DNA from: an uncultured Dehalococcoidales bacterium
GTDB lineage: Bacteria > Chloroflexota > Dehalococcoidia > GIF9 > AB-539-J10
Direction of reading: 5' to 3'
Assembly (NCBI GenBank): GCA_964474965.1
Contig: CAYYUO010000002.1
Location: 1-44,303, forward strand
Length of the DNA: 44,303 bases
The notes under the pieces are model-generated. The model saw only the letters and a list, made by a program, of their open reading frames with translations, was not told the origin of the DNA and ran no database searches. This document shows positions 26,582 through 35,164 of this stretch, piece after piece (within the stretch, counting starts at the first letter, position 1; each line of letters begins with the position of its first letter). Made by a program: the position numbers and the translations under genes.

Positions 26582-28171
26582 ATGTGTGGTATAGCAGGAT
26601 GTTTTGGAATACAAGATACAAAGACCATAAATCGCATGTTGGATGCACTGCCTCACCGTGGTCCAAATGACCGTGGACTCCACACTTTCGATAGCACCGT
26701 TTTTGGTCACACCAGGCTGTCTATTGTCGACGTGGTCGGAGGTCATCAGCCAATTTTAGCCAATGGTGGTAGAACAGGAATCATCTGCAACGGGGAAATC
26801 TATAATTTTTGGGATCTAAGACAGAAGCTCATACCCAAATACCAGTTTAAGACATTGTCCGATACGGAGACCATTCTTCATCTCTACCGGGAAAAAGGGC
26901 CGGAGTGTGTGAAAGAGTTGGACGGGATGTTCGCCTTTGCTCTCTTTGATGGTGACGATTTCATGCTGGCCCGCGACCCAATTGGGATAAAACCGCTCTA
27001 TTATGGCTATGTCGGAGATAAGCTTTACTTCACCTCAGAACTGGGAGCTATGACCCTGGCCGGTGTGGAGGAAGTTCACGAATTCCCCGCCGGGTACTAC
27101 TACACTCCCAAAGACGGTTTCGTGCAATACTACGAAATCCCGCCGATTGAGGACCACCTGCTGACAGAAATAGAGGAGACCTGTAAGCTGATCCGAGAGA
27201 CCTTTATCCATGCAGTTAAGAAAAGGCTACTGGCAGACAAGGAAGTCCATGTAGGCTCCTTCTGCAGTGGCGGCGTAGACAGCAGTCTGGTGGCTGCCAT
27301 CGCCGCTGATGAAATCCCCCATCTCCACACCTTCGTAGTAGGTATGAGGGATGAATCTGGGGACGAGAGTGATGACCTCAAGGCCTCTCGCATTGCAGCA
27401 GCGCACATCGGTTCAACGCACCACGAGTTGATCTTCACCGAGGAGGAGTATTATGAAGCGCTGCCAATCGTCATCAAGAAGCTGGAAAGCTACGATCCCT
27501 CCCTTGTACGCTGTGCCGTTCCCTGCTACTTCACCTGCAAGTGTGCTGCAGAGTATGTGACAGTAGTACTCACCGGAGAGGGGGCTGATGAGCTCTTCAC
27601 TGGCTATCACTACATGAAGCATTATCCTATGGATATGCTCAATAAGGAGGCCAGGCGTTGCATCGGAAACCTCCATAACATTAACCTGCAGCGCGCCGAC
27701 CGGATGGGGATGTATTTTAGTCTGGAGTTGAGGGTGCCTTTCCTGGATGTGTCTATGATTGACCTTTCCATGCAGATTCCCCCCGAGCTCAAGATTCGCG
27801 AGTCCGAAAAGGTAGGGGATAGAATCGAAAAGTGGATCCTACGCAAGGCTTTTGAGGACACGAATTATCTCCCCGACGAGATACTGTGGCGTTACAAAGT
27901 CCAATACACTCAAGGAGCGGGCTGCGAGGACCTGGGAGAAAAGCTGGCTGAGAGTGAGATAAGCGAAGACGAGTTTCAACGCATCAAGGCGGAGAATCCC
28001 AAGGCGACTATCAATAGCAGGGAGGCGGCCTATTACTTCAAAATCTTTCGTCAGTTTCACCCCCAGGACTCGATACTCGGTTCTATTGGAATCTGGACTG
28101 GGTTTGATTTTGCTGAGGAGAGAGAACGAGTTCGTGGCACCATGGATGGTGACCTGAAGCATACACGCTAA
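26582..28171 (+). CDS. asnB: asparagine synthetase (glutamine-hydrolysing)
   Basis: N-terminal MCGIAGC with the Ntn nucleophile Cys2, HRGPND, CNGEIYN, and PP-loop SGGVDSS. Confidence 0.85.
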   Translation: MCGIAGCFGIQDTKTINRMLDALPHRGPNDRGLHTFDSTVFGHTRLSIVDVVGGHQPILANGGRTGIICNGEIYNFWDLRQKLIPKYQFKTLSDTETILHLYREKGPECVKELDGMFAFALFDGDDFMLARDPIGIKPLYYGYVGDKLYFTSELGAMTLAGVEEVHEFPAGYYYTPKDGFVQYYEIPPIEDHLLTEIEETCKLIRETFIHAVKKRLLADKEVHVGSFCSGGVDSSLVAAIAADEIPHLHTFVVGMRDESGDESDDLKASRIAAAHIGSTHHELIFTEEEYYEALPIVIKKLESYDPSLVRCAVPCYFTCKCAAEYVTVVLTGEGADELFTGYHYMKHYPMDMLNKEARRCIGNLHNINLQRADRMGMYFSLELRVPFLDVSMIDLSMQIPPELKIRESEKVGDRIEKWILRKAFEDTNYLPDEILWRYKVQYTQGAGCEDLGEKLAESEISEDEFQRIKAENPKATINSREAAYYFKIFRQFHPQDSILGSIGIWTGFDFAEERERVRGTMDGDLKHTR

Positions 28172-28221
28172 GGAAAGGAGGAATAGGGTAAGGCTACACA
28201 GGGCCTGCTTTCTCGTATCCC

Positions 28222-29064
28222 ATGAAATTGAGCATCTTGGGCTCTGGGGGGTGCATGATTATTCCCAAACCCCTGTGCCAATGTCGCATCTGCCAGGAAG
28301 CCAGGAAGAAGGGTGTTCCCTACGCGAGAACAGGACCTTCTGCTTTCCTTCATGATATCAACCTCCTGATCGACACACCTGCAGAAATTGCAAGCCAGTT
28401 AAATCGTTGTCATATCCGTCGTATCGATTATCTGATATTAACTCATCTGGACCCGGACCATGTGGAAGGATTGCGCGTTGTGGAGCAGATTACGCTTGAT
28501 TTTCGCAGCTGGCGTGCCTATCCAGAAAAACAAATTTGTTTGCTACTCCCTGAACAGCTGGGCGAACGAATAAGGGAGATCCGGTCTCAGTACGGTTCCT
28601 TGGTCGATTTCTACCAGCAGAGCGGTTTTGTCAGGCTCATGCTTTTTCAGGGGGAAGTCCAGATAAATAACGTTCAGATAACTGCCATCCCAGTGGACCG
28701 AGGTTCCCAGTTAGCCTTCGTTTACGTCTTTGAAAAGTCAGGGCGCAAGATCGTCTATGCTCCCTGCGATTTCAAGCCTTTCCCGGAGTATCGAACTGAG
28801 GTTCAACAGCCCGACCTACTTGTCATCCAGCCGGGGATATTCGAGAGTGGTCTGAAACATCACTTCAAATACCCGGCAGATCACATCTCGAGAACTACTC
28901 TGTACACCTTCGAACAAACACTGGAACTGGCGGCACGCATTGAGGCGAGAAAGGTCTTGTTTGTTCATCTTGAGGAGTACTGGAACCGCAGCTACGATGA
29001 CTATTGTGCCCTAGAGTCGGACGGCATCAGGTTTGCCTACGATGGCATGCAGATAAACGTGTAG
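28222..29064 (+). CDS. MBL-fold metallo-hydrolase, PhnP/PqqB-like
   Basis: N-terminal LGSGG...CQCRICQEARKKG Cys motif, followed by LILTHLDPDHVEGL, a variant of HxHxDH. Confidence 0.7.
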   Translation: MKLSILGSGGCMIIPKPLCQCRICQEARKKGVPYARTGPSAFLHDINLLIDTPAEIASQLNRCHIRRIDYLILTHLDPDHVEGLRVVEQITLDFRSWRAYPEKQICLLLPEQLGERIREIRSQYGSLVDFYQQSGFVRLMLFQGEVQINNVQITAIPVDRGSQLAFVYVFEKSGRKIVYAPCDFKPFPEYRTEVQQPDLLVIQPGIFESGLKHHFKYPADHISRTTLYTFEQTLELAARIEARKVLFVHLEEYWNRSYDDYCALESDGIRFAYDGMQINV

Positions 29065-29140
29065 CGGCGCATACGCAGTCACGAACGTTGCTCTCCCACA
29101 TGGTGGCTTTGTCTGCCCCCAACGCTTTACAAATTCCGCC

Positions 29141-30484
29141 TCACAAGATTGGTAAATATTTCTTAAGCTCGTAGTCAGTTACTTGACTTCGGTATTGATC
29201 CCATTCGATCTTCTTATTCTCGATGAAAGCATCAAAAACATGGTCGCCAAGGGATTGTCGCACCAGTTCACTCTTTTCCGTGAGCTGGATTGCCTCCCAA
29301 AGGCTGCCGGGTAGAGTGCCTATCCCTCGTCTCTCTCTCTCCTCCTCGGTCATTTCATAAACATTTTCCTCTACTGGGTCCGGCACTTCATATTCCTTCT
29401 CGATTCCCTCTAATCCAGCAGCCAGCATAACGCTAAAGGCAAGGTAGGGGTTACAAGCAGGATCAGGAGACCTGAACTCTATCCTGGTAGCCTTTTCTTT
29501 GCCCGGCATATATTCTGGAACTCTGATCAGGTCGGCCCGATTTCGCCATGCCCATGAAAGGTACACGGGCGCCTCGTATCCCGGAACCAATCGCTTGTAG
29601 GAATTGATCCACTGATTGTTGACCGCAGTGATTTCGGGGGCGTGCCTTAATACTCCCGCGATGTAGCACTTGGCCAACTTAGAAAGATGGTGTTTATCAT
29701 TTTTATCAAAGAAGGCGTTGGTATCACCTTTGAACAGCGACTGGTGGACATGCATGCCGCTGCCATTGATGCCGGAGACCGGTTTGGGCATAAAGGTAGC
29801 GTAAACTCCCTGCTGTAAAGCTATTTGCTTGACTACCAGGCGGTAGGTCATCACATTGTCAGCCATGGTCAGGGCATCAGTGTACCTCATGTCTATCTCA
29901 TGCTGGCTGGCGGCGACCTCGTGGTGGGAATATTCAACGGATATGCCCATCTCCTCCAGGGTAAGAACTGTTTCTCGCCTTAGGTCAGTAGCGACATCCA
30001 GCGGTGTCATGTCGAAGTAGCCCCCTTCGTCCAATCTCTGAGTTCCCTTTGAATCCTGAAAGTAGAAGTACTCCAACTCCGGGCCTACATAGAAGGTGTA
30101 TCCCATGTCAGATGCTCGCTTCAAATTCCTCTTCAGTACATATCTGGGGTCCCCTTCAAAAGGCTCACCGCCGGGTCTCTGGATGTTGCAGAACATTCTG
30201 GCTACGGCATGGTGCACCCTCGGTCTCCATGGTAGCAGCTGAAAAGTGTCCGGGTCAGGCAAAGCCACCATGTCACTCTCGTCAATCCGGGCAAAGCCCT
30301 CAATAGAGGAACCATCAAAGCCCATTCCTTGTTCCAGAGCACCTTCCAGTTCCTCTACAGTAATGGCAAAGCCTTTCAGAATACCCAGAATATCGGTAAA
30401 CCAAAGCCTGATGAACTTCACATCATGCTCCTTAGCCATCTTGAGAACGTACTCTTTGCTTTCTTCATTGCTTCTATTTTCCAT
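29141..30484 (-). CDS. glnA: glutamine synthetase type I (GSI-alpha-like, no adenylylation motif seen)
   Basis: VKFIRLWFTDILG, GFDGSSIEGF, GPELEYF, SHHEVAASQHEID, NGSGMHVHQS and RIEFRSPDPACNPYL blocks. I prefer the ATG at 30484 (AAGGAGAG upstream) over the track start at 30670. Confidence 0.9.
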   Translation of the reverse strand: MENRSNEESKEYVLKMAKEHDVKFIRLWFTDILGILKGFAITVEELEGALEQGMGFDGSSIEGFARIDESDMVALPDPDTFQLLPWRPRVHHAVARMFCNIQRPGGEPFEGDPRYVLKRNLKRASDMGYTFYVGPELEYFYFQDSKGTQRLDEGGYFDMTPLDVATDLRRETVLTLEEMGISVEYSHHEVAASQHEIDMRYTDALTMADNVMTYRLVVKQIALQQGVYATFMPKPVSGINGSGMHVHQSLFKGDTNAFFDKNDKHHLSKLAKCYIAGVLRHAPEITAVNNQWINSYKRLVPGYEAPVYLSWAWRNRADLIRVPEYMPGKEKATRIEFRSPDPACNPYLAFSVMLAAGLEGIEKEYEVPDPVEENVYEMTEEERERRGIGTLPGSLWEAIQLTEKSELVRQSLGDHVFDAFIENKKIEWDQYRSQVTDYELKKYLPIL

Positions 30485-30518
30485 TCTTGCTCTCCTTTTT
30501 TGGTTTTTAATCTCCTTA

Positions 30519-30857
30519 TTATATAGCGTTGTCGCCATCCTCTCCAGTCCTGATACGCACTGCGTTATCAACAGGATAAACGAATATTTTGCCGTCTCCC
30601 ATCTCGCCGGTTCTGGCACTGCTTGCAATAGCATGCAGAATTTTGGACACATCCTCGTCCAGCACAACAACCTCGATCTTGAGCTTAGGAAGGAAGTCCA
30701 CCCGGTATTCTCCTGCTCGCCATTGCAGCAATAGTCCCTTTTGTCGGCCCCTGCCGCTTACCTCGCTAACTGTCAGGCCGAAATAACCATTTTCCTCGAG
30801 AACCATTTTTACATTTTCCAGTTTTTCTTCCCTAATAATGGCTTCCATTTTTTTCAT
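30519..30857 (-). CDS. glnK: P-II nitrogen regulatory protein
   Basis: MKKMEAIIREEKLENVK...TVSEVSGRGRQKG...AGEYRVDFLPK. 112 aa counted from the ATG at 30857. An ATGA overlap joins it to the amtB stop. Confidence 0.9.
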   Translation of the reverse strand: MKKMEAIIREEKLENVKMVLEENGYFGLTVSEVSGRGRQKGLLLQWRAGEYRVDFLPKLKIEVVVLDEDVSKILHAIASSARTGEMGDGKIFVYPVDNAVRIRTGEDGDNAI

Positions 30858-32089
30858 CGCAACAGCCCTCCATATGCCCTTTCCCCATGCTGCGAGATAT
30901 CTAAACCTACTGTTTCTTCTGTCTTGCTGACTCTTAGCCCTAGAGTAACGTCTACTATTTTGCCCAAAACCCAACTAGCACCGAAGGCAAAAGCCCAGAC
31001 AGCAGCAACTCCGGCGAACTGCCTGGCGAGCTGTAGGGCATTGCCCAGAAGCAAACCATCAGCACCAGCCGAATTAATGGCTGCGCTAGCAAAAATACCG
31101 GTGGCCAGAGCACCCCAGGTGCCTCCCATACCGTGAACCGCCCATACGTCCAGGGACTCGTCTATACCACGCTTCATTCTGAAGAGCATGCAGTAGTAGC
31201 ATATCACTGCTGCCACAATACCTATTGGTATTCCTGCCAGTGGTGGCACGAAGCCGGCTGCGGGGGTTATCGCCACCAGTCCAGCAACCGCTCCGGTGGC
31301 AATGCCAAGGAGACTGGGACGCCGTTGACGCCAGCTGAGTATCATCCAGGTGAAGGCAGCCGCGGCTGCTGAAATGTTAGTGGTGACAAACGCGCTAGCG
31401 GCCAACCCTCCCGAGGTCAGAGCACTGCCAGCATTGAAGCCAAACCAGCCAAACCAGAGCAGCCCGGCGCCAAGCGCTACCATGGGAATGTTATGAGGTT
31501 CCATAGGCTCCTTCCCCAGGAAACCTTTACGAGGACCAAGCAAGCGAGCTAAAGATAAGGCTGAGACGCCGGCAGCAATATGAACTACCGTTCCGCCGGC
31601 AAAGTCAAGTGCCCCCAATTTGGCCAGCCAGCCACCATCACCCCAAACCCAGTGTGCCACGGGGCAATACACAACAGTTAGCCATAGCACGGAAAAGATC
31701 AAGATGGCGCTAAATTTCATTCGCTCGACTACTGCCCCAGTGATTAAGGCTACGGTGATTATGGCAAACATAGCCTGAAATATCATGAAAGCCAGATGGG
31801 GAACAGTGCTGGCATAGACAGCAGATGGCTCCTGTCCTACCTGTCTCAGACCCACCCAGTCAAGCCCACCAATAATGCCTGCTTTGTCAGGACCGAAGCC
31901 CAGACTATAGCCATAGAGCACCCAGATTATGCCCACAACCGCTAAGGCAGCGAAGCTCATCATCATTGTAGAAAGAACACTCTTTCTTCTCACCATGCCG
32001 CCATAGAATAGAGCCACGCCTGGTGTCATTAGCATGACCAGCGCCGATGAAACTAGAAGCCAGGCGGTATCAGCGGCATTGACAGACAT
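30854..32089 (-). CDS. amtB: ammonium transporter
   Basis: About 11 TM helices with AmtB blocks (DTAWLLVSSALVMLMTPG, FAGGTVVHIAAG, WFGWFGFNAGS, VHGMGGTWGAL). I prefer the ATG at 32089, which is preceded by a GGGGGG run. The track start is 32104. Confidence 0.9.
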   Translation of the reverse strand: MSVNAADTAWLLVSSALVMLMTPGVALFYGGMVRRKSVLSTMMMSFAALAVVGIIWVLYGYSLGFGPDKAGIIGGLDWVGLRQVGQEPSAVYASTVPHLAFMIFQAMFAIITVALITGAVVERMKFSAILIFSVLWLTVVYCPVAHWVWGDGGWLAKLGALDFAGGTVVHIAAGVSALSLARLLGPRKGFLGKEPMEPHNIPMVALGAGLLWFGWFGFNAGSALTSGGLAASAFVTTNISAAAAAFTWMILSWRQRRPSLLGIATGAVAGLVAITPAAGFVPPLAGIPIGIVAAVICYYCMLFRMKRGIDESLDVWAVHGMGGTWGALATGIFASAAINSAGADGLLLGNALQLARQFAGVAAVWAFAFGASWVLGKIVDVTLGLRVSKTEETVGLDISQHGERAYGGLLR

Positions 32090-32134
32090 TTGGAATCCCC
32101 CCATATTTCATGTCCACAATTTAAACCCCCTATT

Positions 32135-32172
32135 GTTTCCAGAATATTACAGACAGGTTAAATCTGTGTTAC
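32135..32172 (-). promoter_or_regulatory. four phased pentamer boxes upstream of amtB (candidate response-regulator binding array)
   Basis: Minus strand reads GTAAC-acagat-TTAAC-ctgtct-GTAAT-attctg-GAAAC. These are four 5-nt elements with exact 6-nt spacers, giving an 11-nt register. A TAAATT -10-like hexamer lies 11 nt downstream, and no canonical -35 is present. Confidence 0.5.
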
Positions 32173-32225
32173 AGAGAAAGAAAATGAAAAGTTTGGTGTA
32201 CTTAAGAATGCAAGGGGGAGAATGG

Positions 32226-32894
32226 CTAGAAGTTTTCTCGTAACCTGTAGCCAATATTCCTAACTGTCTCGATGAAGGTATGAGTTGGGTCCTCGATCTT
32301 GCTTCGCAATCTCCTTATGTGAACATCTACTGTTCTATCACCACCGTAATAGTCCCATCCCCAGACCTTATTCAGCAAAGCCTCCCGGGTAAAAACCTTT
32401 CCTTTATTGCTCGCCAGGAATTTGAGTAGCTGGTATTCCCTAAAGGTCAGCATTATTGGCTTGCCATTAAGCGATACCTCGTATTTGTCTAAATCTATAA
32501 CTAAGTCGCCACATCTAATTATATCTTCGCTGTCTATATCCCCTTTTTGCCTCAGAATTCGCTTTATTCTGGCTGTAACCTCATTTACCTCCCAGGGTTT
32601 GACCACAAAATCATCTACGCTGGAATCGAGGCCATTGAGTTTCTCTCCAGACATAAGAGCGATGAGGGGTAAGTTCATGTCTTGCCTTATACTTTGAGCC
32701 AATTCCCACGCTTCTGAACCAATCGGCGCTTCATCCGCGTCTAGCAACATCACCCCAAGGGATTGCCCCACAATTTGTTCGATTGCCTCATCATTATAGG
32801 GAACAATTAGGCAATCAAATCCACTCTGAACAAGTGCCGCCCTCAGTTTCTTTGCTTGTTCGCTTTCGTTAGCTATGATGAACACTCTAGGCAA
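32226..32894 (-). CDS. OmpR/PhoB-family response regulator, orphan, atypical receiver
   Basis: The C-terminal winged helix reads LTFREYQLLKFLASNKGKVFTREALLNKVWGWDYYGGDRTVDVHIRRLRSKIE...VRNIGYRL. In the receiver, the acidic DD pair is replaced by N-E (FIIANESE). The Asp in MLLDAD and the Lys in VVKPW are retained. No histidine kinase gene is in the window. TTG start with AAGGAAG upstream. Confidence 0.85.
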   Translation of the reverse strand: MPRVFIIANESEQAKKLRAALVQSGFDCLIVPYNDEAIEQIVGQSLGVMLLDADEAPIGSEAWELAQSIRQDMNLPLIALMSGEKLNGLDSSVDDFVVKPWEVNEVTARIKRILRQKGDIDSEDIIRCGDLVIDLDKYEVSLNGKPIMLTFREYQLLKFLASNKGKVFTREALLNKVWGWDYYGGDRTVDVHIRRLRSKIEDPTHTFIETVRNIGYRLRENF

Positions 32895-32915
32895 AGCTGG
32901 CTTCCTTATATTAAT

Positions 32916-33662
32916 TTAGTAAGCGTAGAGTCGGCCATAGGGGCGGAGGTAAAGTGGGAAGAGTTTGATAAATTTGTGTTTCAGTATCTCCTCGGCTTGG
33001 TAGTCGAAGTGATGAGCAAATTCACCTACGAGTGCCTTTAGAACCAGGTAATCGTTTTCATCCGGTTCAGCGACACCTACCTCTCTGCCTAGTTGAAATT
33101 CCTCGATATCACCTCTTATATATATAGCGCCGCCGTGCATGCCTGTGCCGATGAAGTTCGCCTTATGTCGCTCTCCCTCTTTGAGATTTAGCCCCAGAAG
33201 AATTAGAACTCCGCCTGCCATATATTCACCCAAAAAATCCTGTGCTGTGCCACCAACAACTACCATTGGCTTTTTGTCTTGGTATTCCTTCATGTGGATA
33301 CCTGCCCGATAGCCAACATCCTCCCTGACGAAAATTTTACCCCCCCTGGCTGATAATCCAAGAATGTCCCCGGCATGACCGTGAATGATTATTTCCCCGT
33401 TGTTCATAGTGTTCCCGCAGCCATCTTGGGCATTGCCGTGAACAATAATTCTGGGACTATTCATGAAAGCACCTAAATCATTACCCGGGGTGCCGAATAT
33501 CTCAATCTCGACTGGCTTGTCTAAGTCCGTGCCGATGTATCTCTGTCCGTAGACGTTTCGCAACTCAATCTTTTGAGTTCCGTTTGATACCGCTTGCCTC
33601 AATTTGGCATTGAGTTCTCGGTAGAAAATGCCCTGGGCATCTATTGTTACAGCTTCTTTCAT
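32916..33662 (-). CDS. gltB: glutamate synthase C-terminal (GXGXG beta-helix) domain protein
   Basis: 248 aa with repeated GxxGxxxG turns: HGNAQDGCGNTMNNGEIIIHGHAGDILGLSARGGKIFVREDVGYRAG. Confidence 0.85.
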   Translation of the reverse strand: MKEAVTIDAQGIFYRELNAKLRQAVSNGTQKIELRNVYGQRYIGTDLDKPVEIEIFGTPGNDLGAFMNSPRIIVHGNAQDGCGNTMNNGEIIIHGHAGDILGLSARGGKIFVREDVGYRAGIHMKEYQDKKPMVVVGGTAQDFLGEYMAGGVLILLGLNLKEGERHKANFIGTGMHGGAIYIRGDIEEFQLGREVGVAEPDENDYLVLKALVGEFAHHFDYQAEEILKHKFIKLFPLYLRPYGRLYAY

Positions 33663-33663
33663 C

Positions 33664-35163
33664 TTAGCGTCCTGCCATCCTTACTCCCAGAATTTCTAAT
33701 TCGGTATCGGTAAGCCCTACGCCTCTCAGATGAAGGCGGTTGCCACGGAGACTTTCTAAGGCGTTGATACCCATGCCACCCAGTATGTCCTTAAGCTCGA
33801 GGCTCCAGCCGCGGAGGAGATTGGACAGCCGCCTAGCTCCGATATCAGGATTGACCCTCTTGGTTAACCAGGGGTCCGTGGTGCAAATGCCCCAGGCACA
33901 TTTTCCGGTGTGGCATTGCTGACAGGTAGTGCACCCCAGAGCGATCAGAGCAGCAGTTCCAATGTAGACGGCATCGGCGCCCAGAGCGATGGCTTTAGCT
34001 ACATCGCCACTGTTTCTGATTCCGCCTGCGATTACTACAGAGGCCTGATTTCGGATACCCTCTTGTCTGAGGCGGTCATCCACGGAAGCGAGAGCTAGTT
34101 CAATGGGAATGCCAACGTTATCACGAATTATCTTAGGTGCAGCGCCCGTAGAGCCTCGCAGCCCATCGAGAACTATAATGTCTGCTCCTGCTCGTACCAT
34201 GCCACTGGCGATAGCTGCTGAATTGTGAACAGCAGCAATTTTTACGGCTACTGGCTTGCTATAATTTGTGGCTTCCTTTAAGGCATAGACAAGCTGTGCC
34301 AGGTCCTCGATGGAATAGATGTCGTGCTGCGGAGCTGGGGATAAGGCATCTGTGCCTTTAGGAATCATTCGGGTGCTTGATACTTCGGCACTCACCTTCT
34401 CGCCGGGGAGATGACCCCCGATGCCGGGCTTAGCCCCTTGACCAATCTTAATTTCCACTACCTTGGCTATATTGAGGTATTCAGGGTGAACGCCAAATCG
34501 CCCCGAAGCTACCTGGACTATAGTGTTGTCTCCATATTTATAAAGCTTGGAGTGGAGCCCACCTTCACCTGTGTTCCACAGGGTTCCCATCTCAGTAGCA
34601 GCTCTGGCTAGGGACTCATGTACATTCAGGCTTACTGCCCCATAAGACATAGCGGAAAACATTACAGGGACCTCGAGTTTGACCTGGGGGGGTAGTTCAG
34701 TCTTAAGACCATGCGAGTCAAACTCTACCCTGTCGGGTTTCCGCCCAAGATAGGTAGTTAATTCCATTGGTTCGCGTAGAGGGTCAATAGAGGGATTGGT
34801 CACCTGGCTGGCATTAAGAACCAGATGGTCCCAGTAAATGCGGTAGCTTTTATCATTCCCCATTCCGGTGAGAAGCACTCCGCCGGTCTCGGATTGCTTG
34901 ATGATATCTTCGATAACCTCAGGGCTCCAGTTGTAGTTCTCTCTGTAATCCAGTGGATTTCTTCTGATAGTCAAAGCCTCAGTGGGACAAAAGACTACGC
35001 AACGGTGGCAGCCAACACAATTCTCCTCGCGGCTCCTTAGTTCATCGTCCTCAGTATCATAAGAATGAACATCAAAGGTGCACTGGTTGACGCACACCTC
35101 GCATCTGATACACCGGGAATCGTCTCTCTCCACTATGAATTTTGGCGGCAAATACGTCTTCAT
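33664..35163 (-). CDS. gltB: glutamate synthase FMN-binding domain protein with N-terminal 2x[4Fe-4S] ferredoxin domain
   Basis: CIRCEVCVNQC and CVGCHRCVVFCP motifs, followed by KIGQGAKPGIGGHLPG and LDGLRGSTGAAP blocks. Confidence 0.9.
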   Translation of the reverse strand: MKTYLPPKFIVERDDSRCIRCEVCVNQCTFDVHSYDTEDDELRSREENCVGCHRCVVFCPTEALTIRRNPLDYRENYNWSPEVIEDIIKQSETGGVLLTGMGNDKSYRIYWDHLVLNASQVTNPSIDPLREPMELTTYLGRKPDRVEFDSHGLKTELPPQVKLEVPVMFSAMSYGAVSLNVHESLARAATEMGTLWNTGEGGLHSKLYKYGDNTIVQVASGRFGVHPEYLNIAKVVEIKIGQGAKPGIGGHLPGEKVSAEVSSTRMIPKGTDALSPAPQHDIYSIEDLAQLVYALKEATNYSKPVAVKIAAVHNSAAIASGMVRAGADIIVLDGLRGSTGAAPKIIRDNVGIPIELALASVDDRLRQEGIRNQASVVIAGGIRNSGDVAKAIALGADAVYIGTAALIALGCTTCQQCHTGKCAWGICTTDPWLTKRVNPDIGARRLSNLLRGWSLELKDILGGMGINALESLRGNRLHLRGVGLTDTELEILGVRMAGR

Positions 35164-35164
35164 C

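Noticed and set aside
30246-31136. Plus-strand ORFs 30246-30734 and 30741-31136, and the long N-terminal extensions of glnA (to 30670) and glnK (to 30974) in the track.
   Set aside because: The plus-strand ORFs are shadows of glnA, glnK and amtB. The extensions overlap the upstream genes, whereas internal ATGs at 30484 and 30857 give canonical N-termini with an SD or an ATGA coupling.
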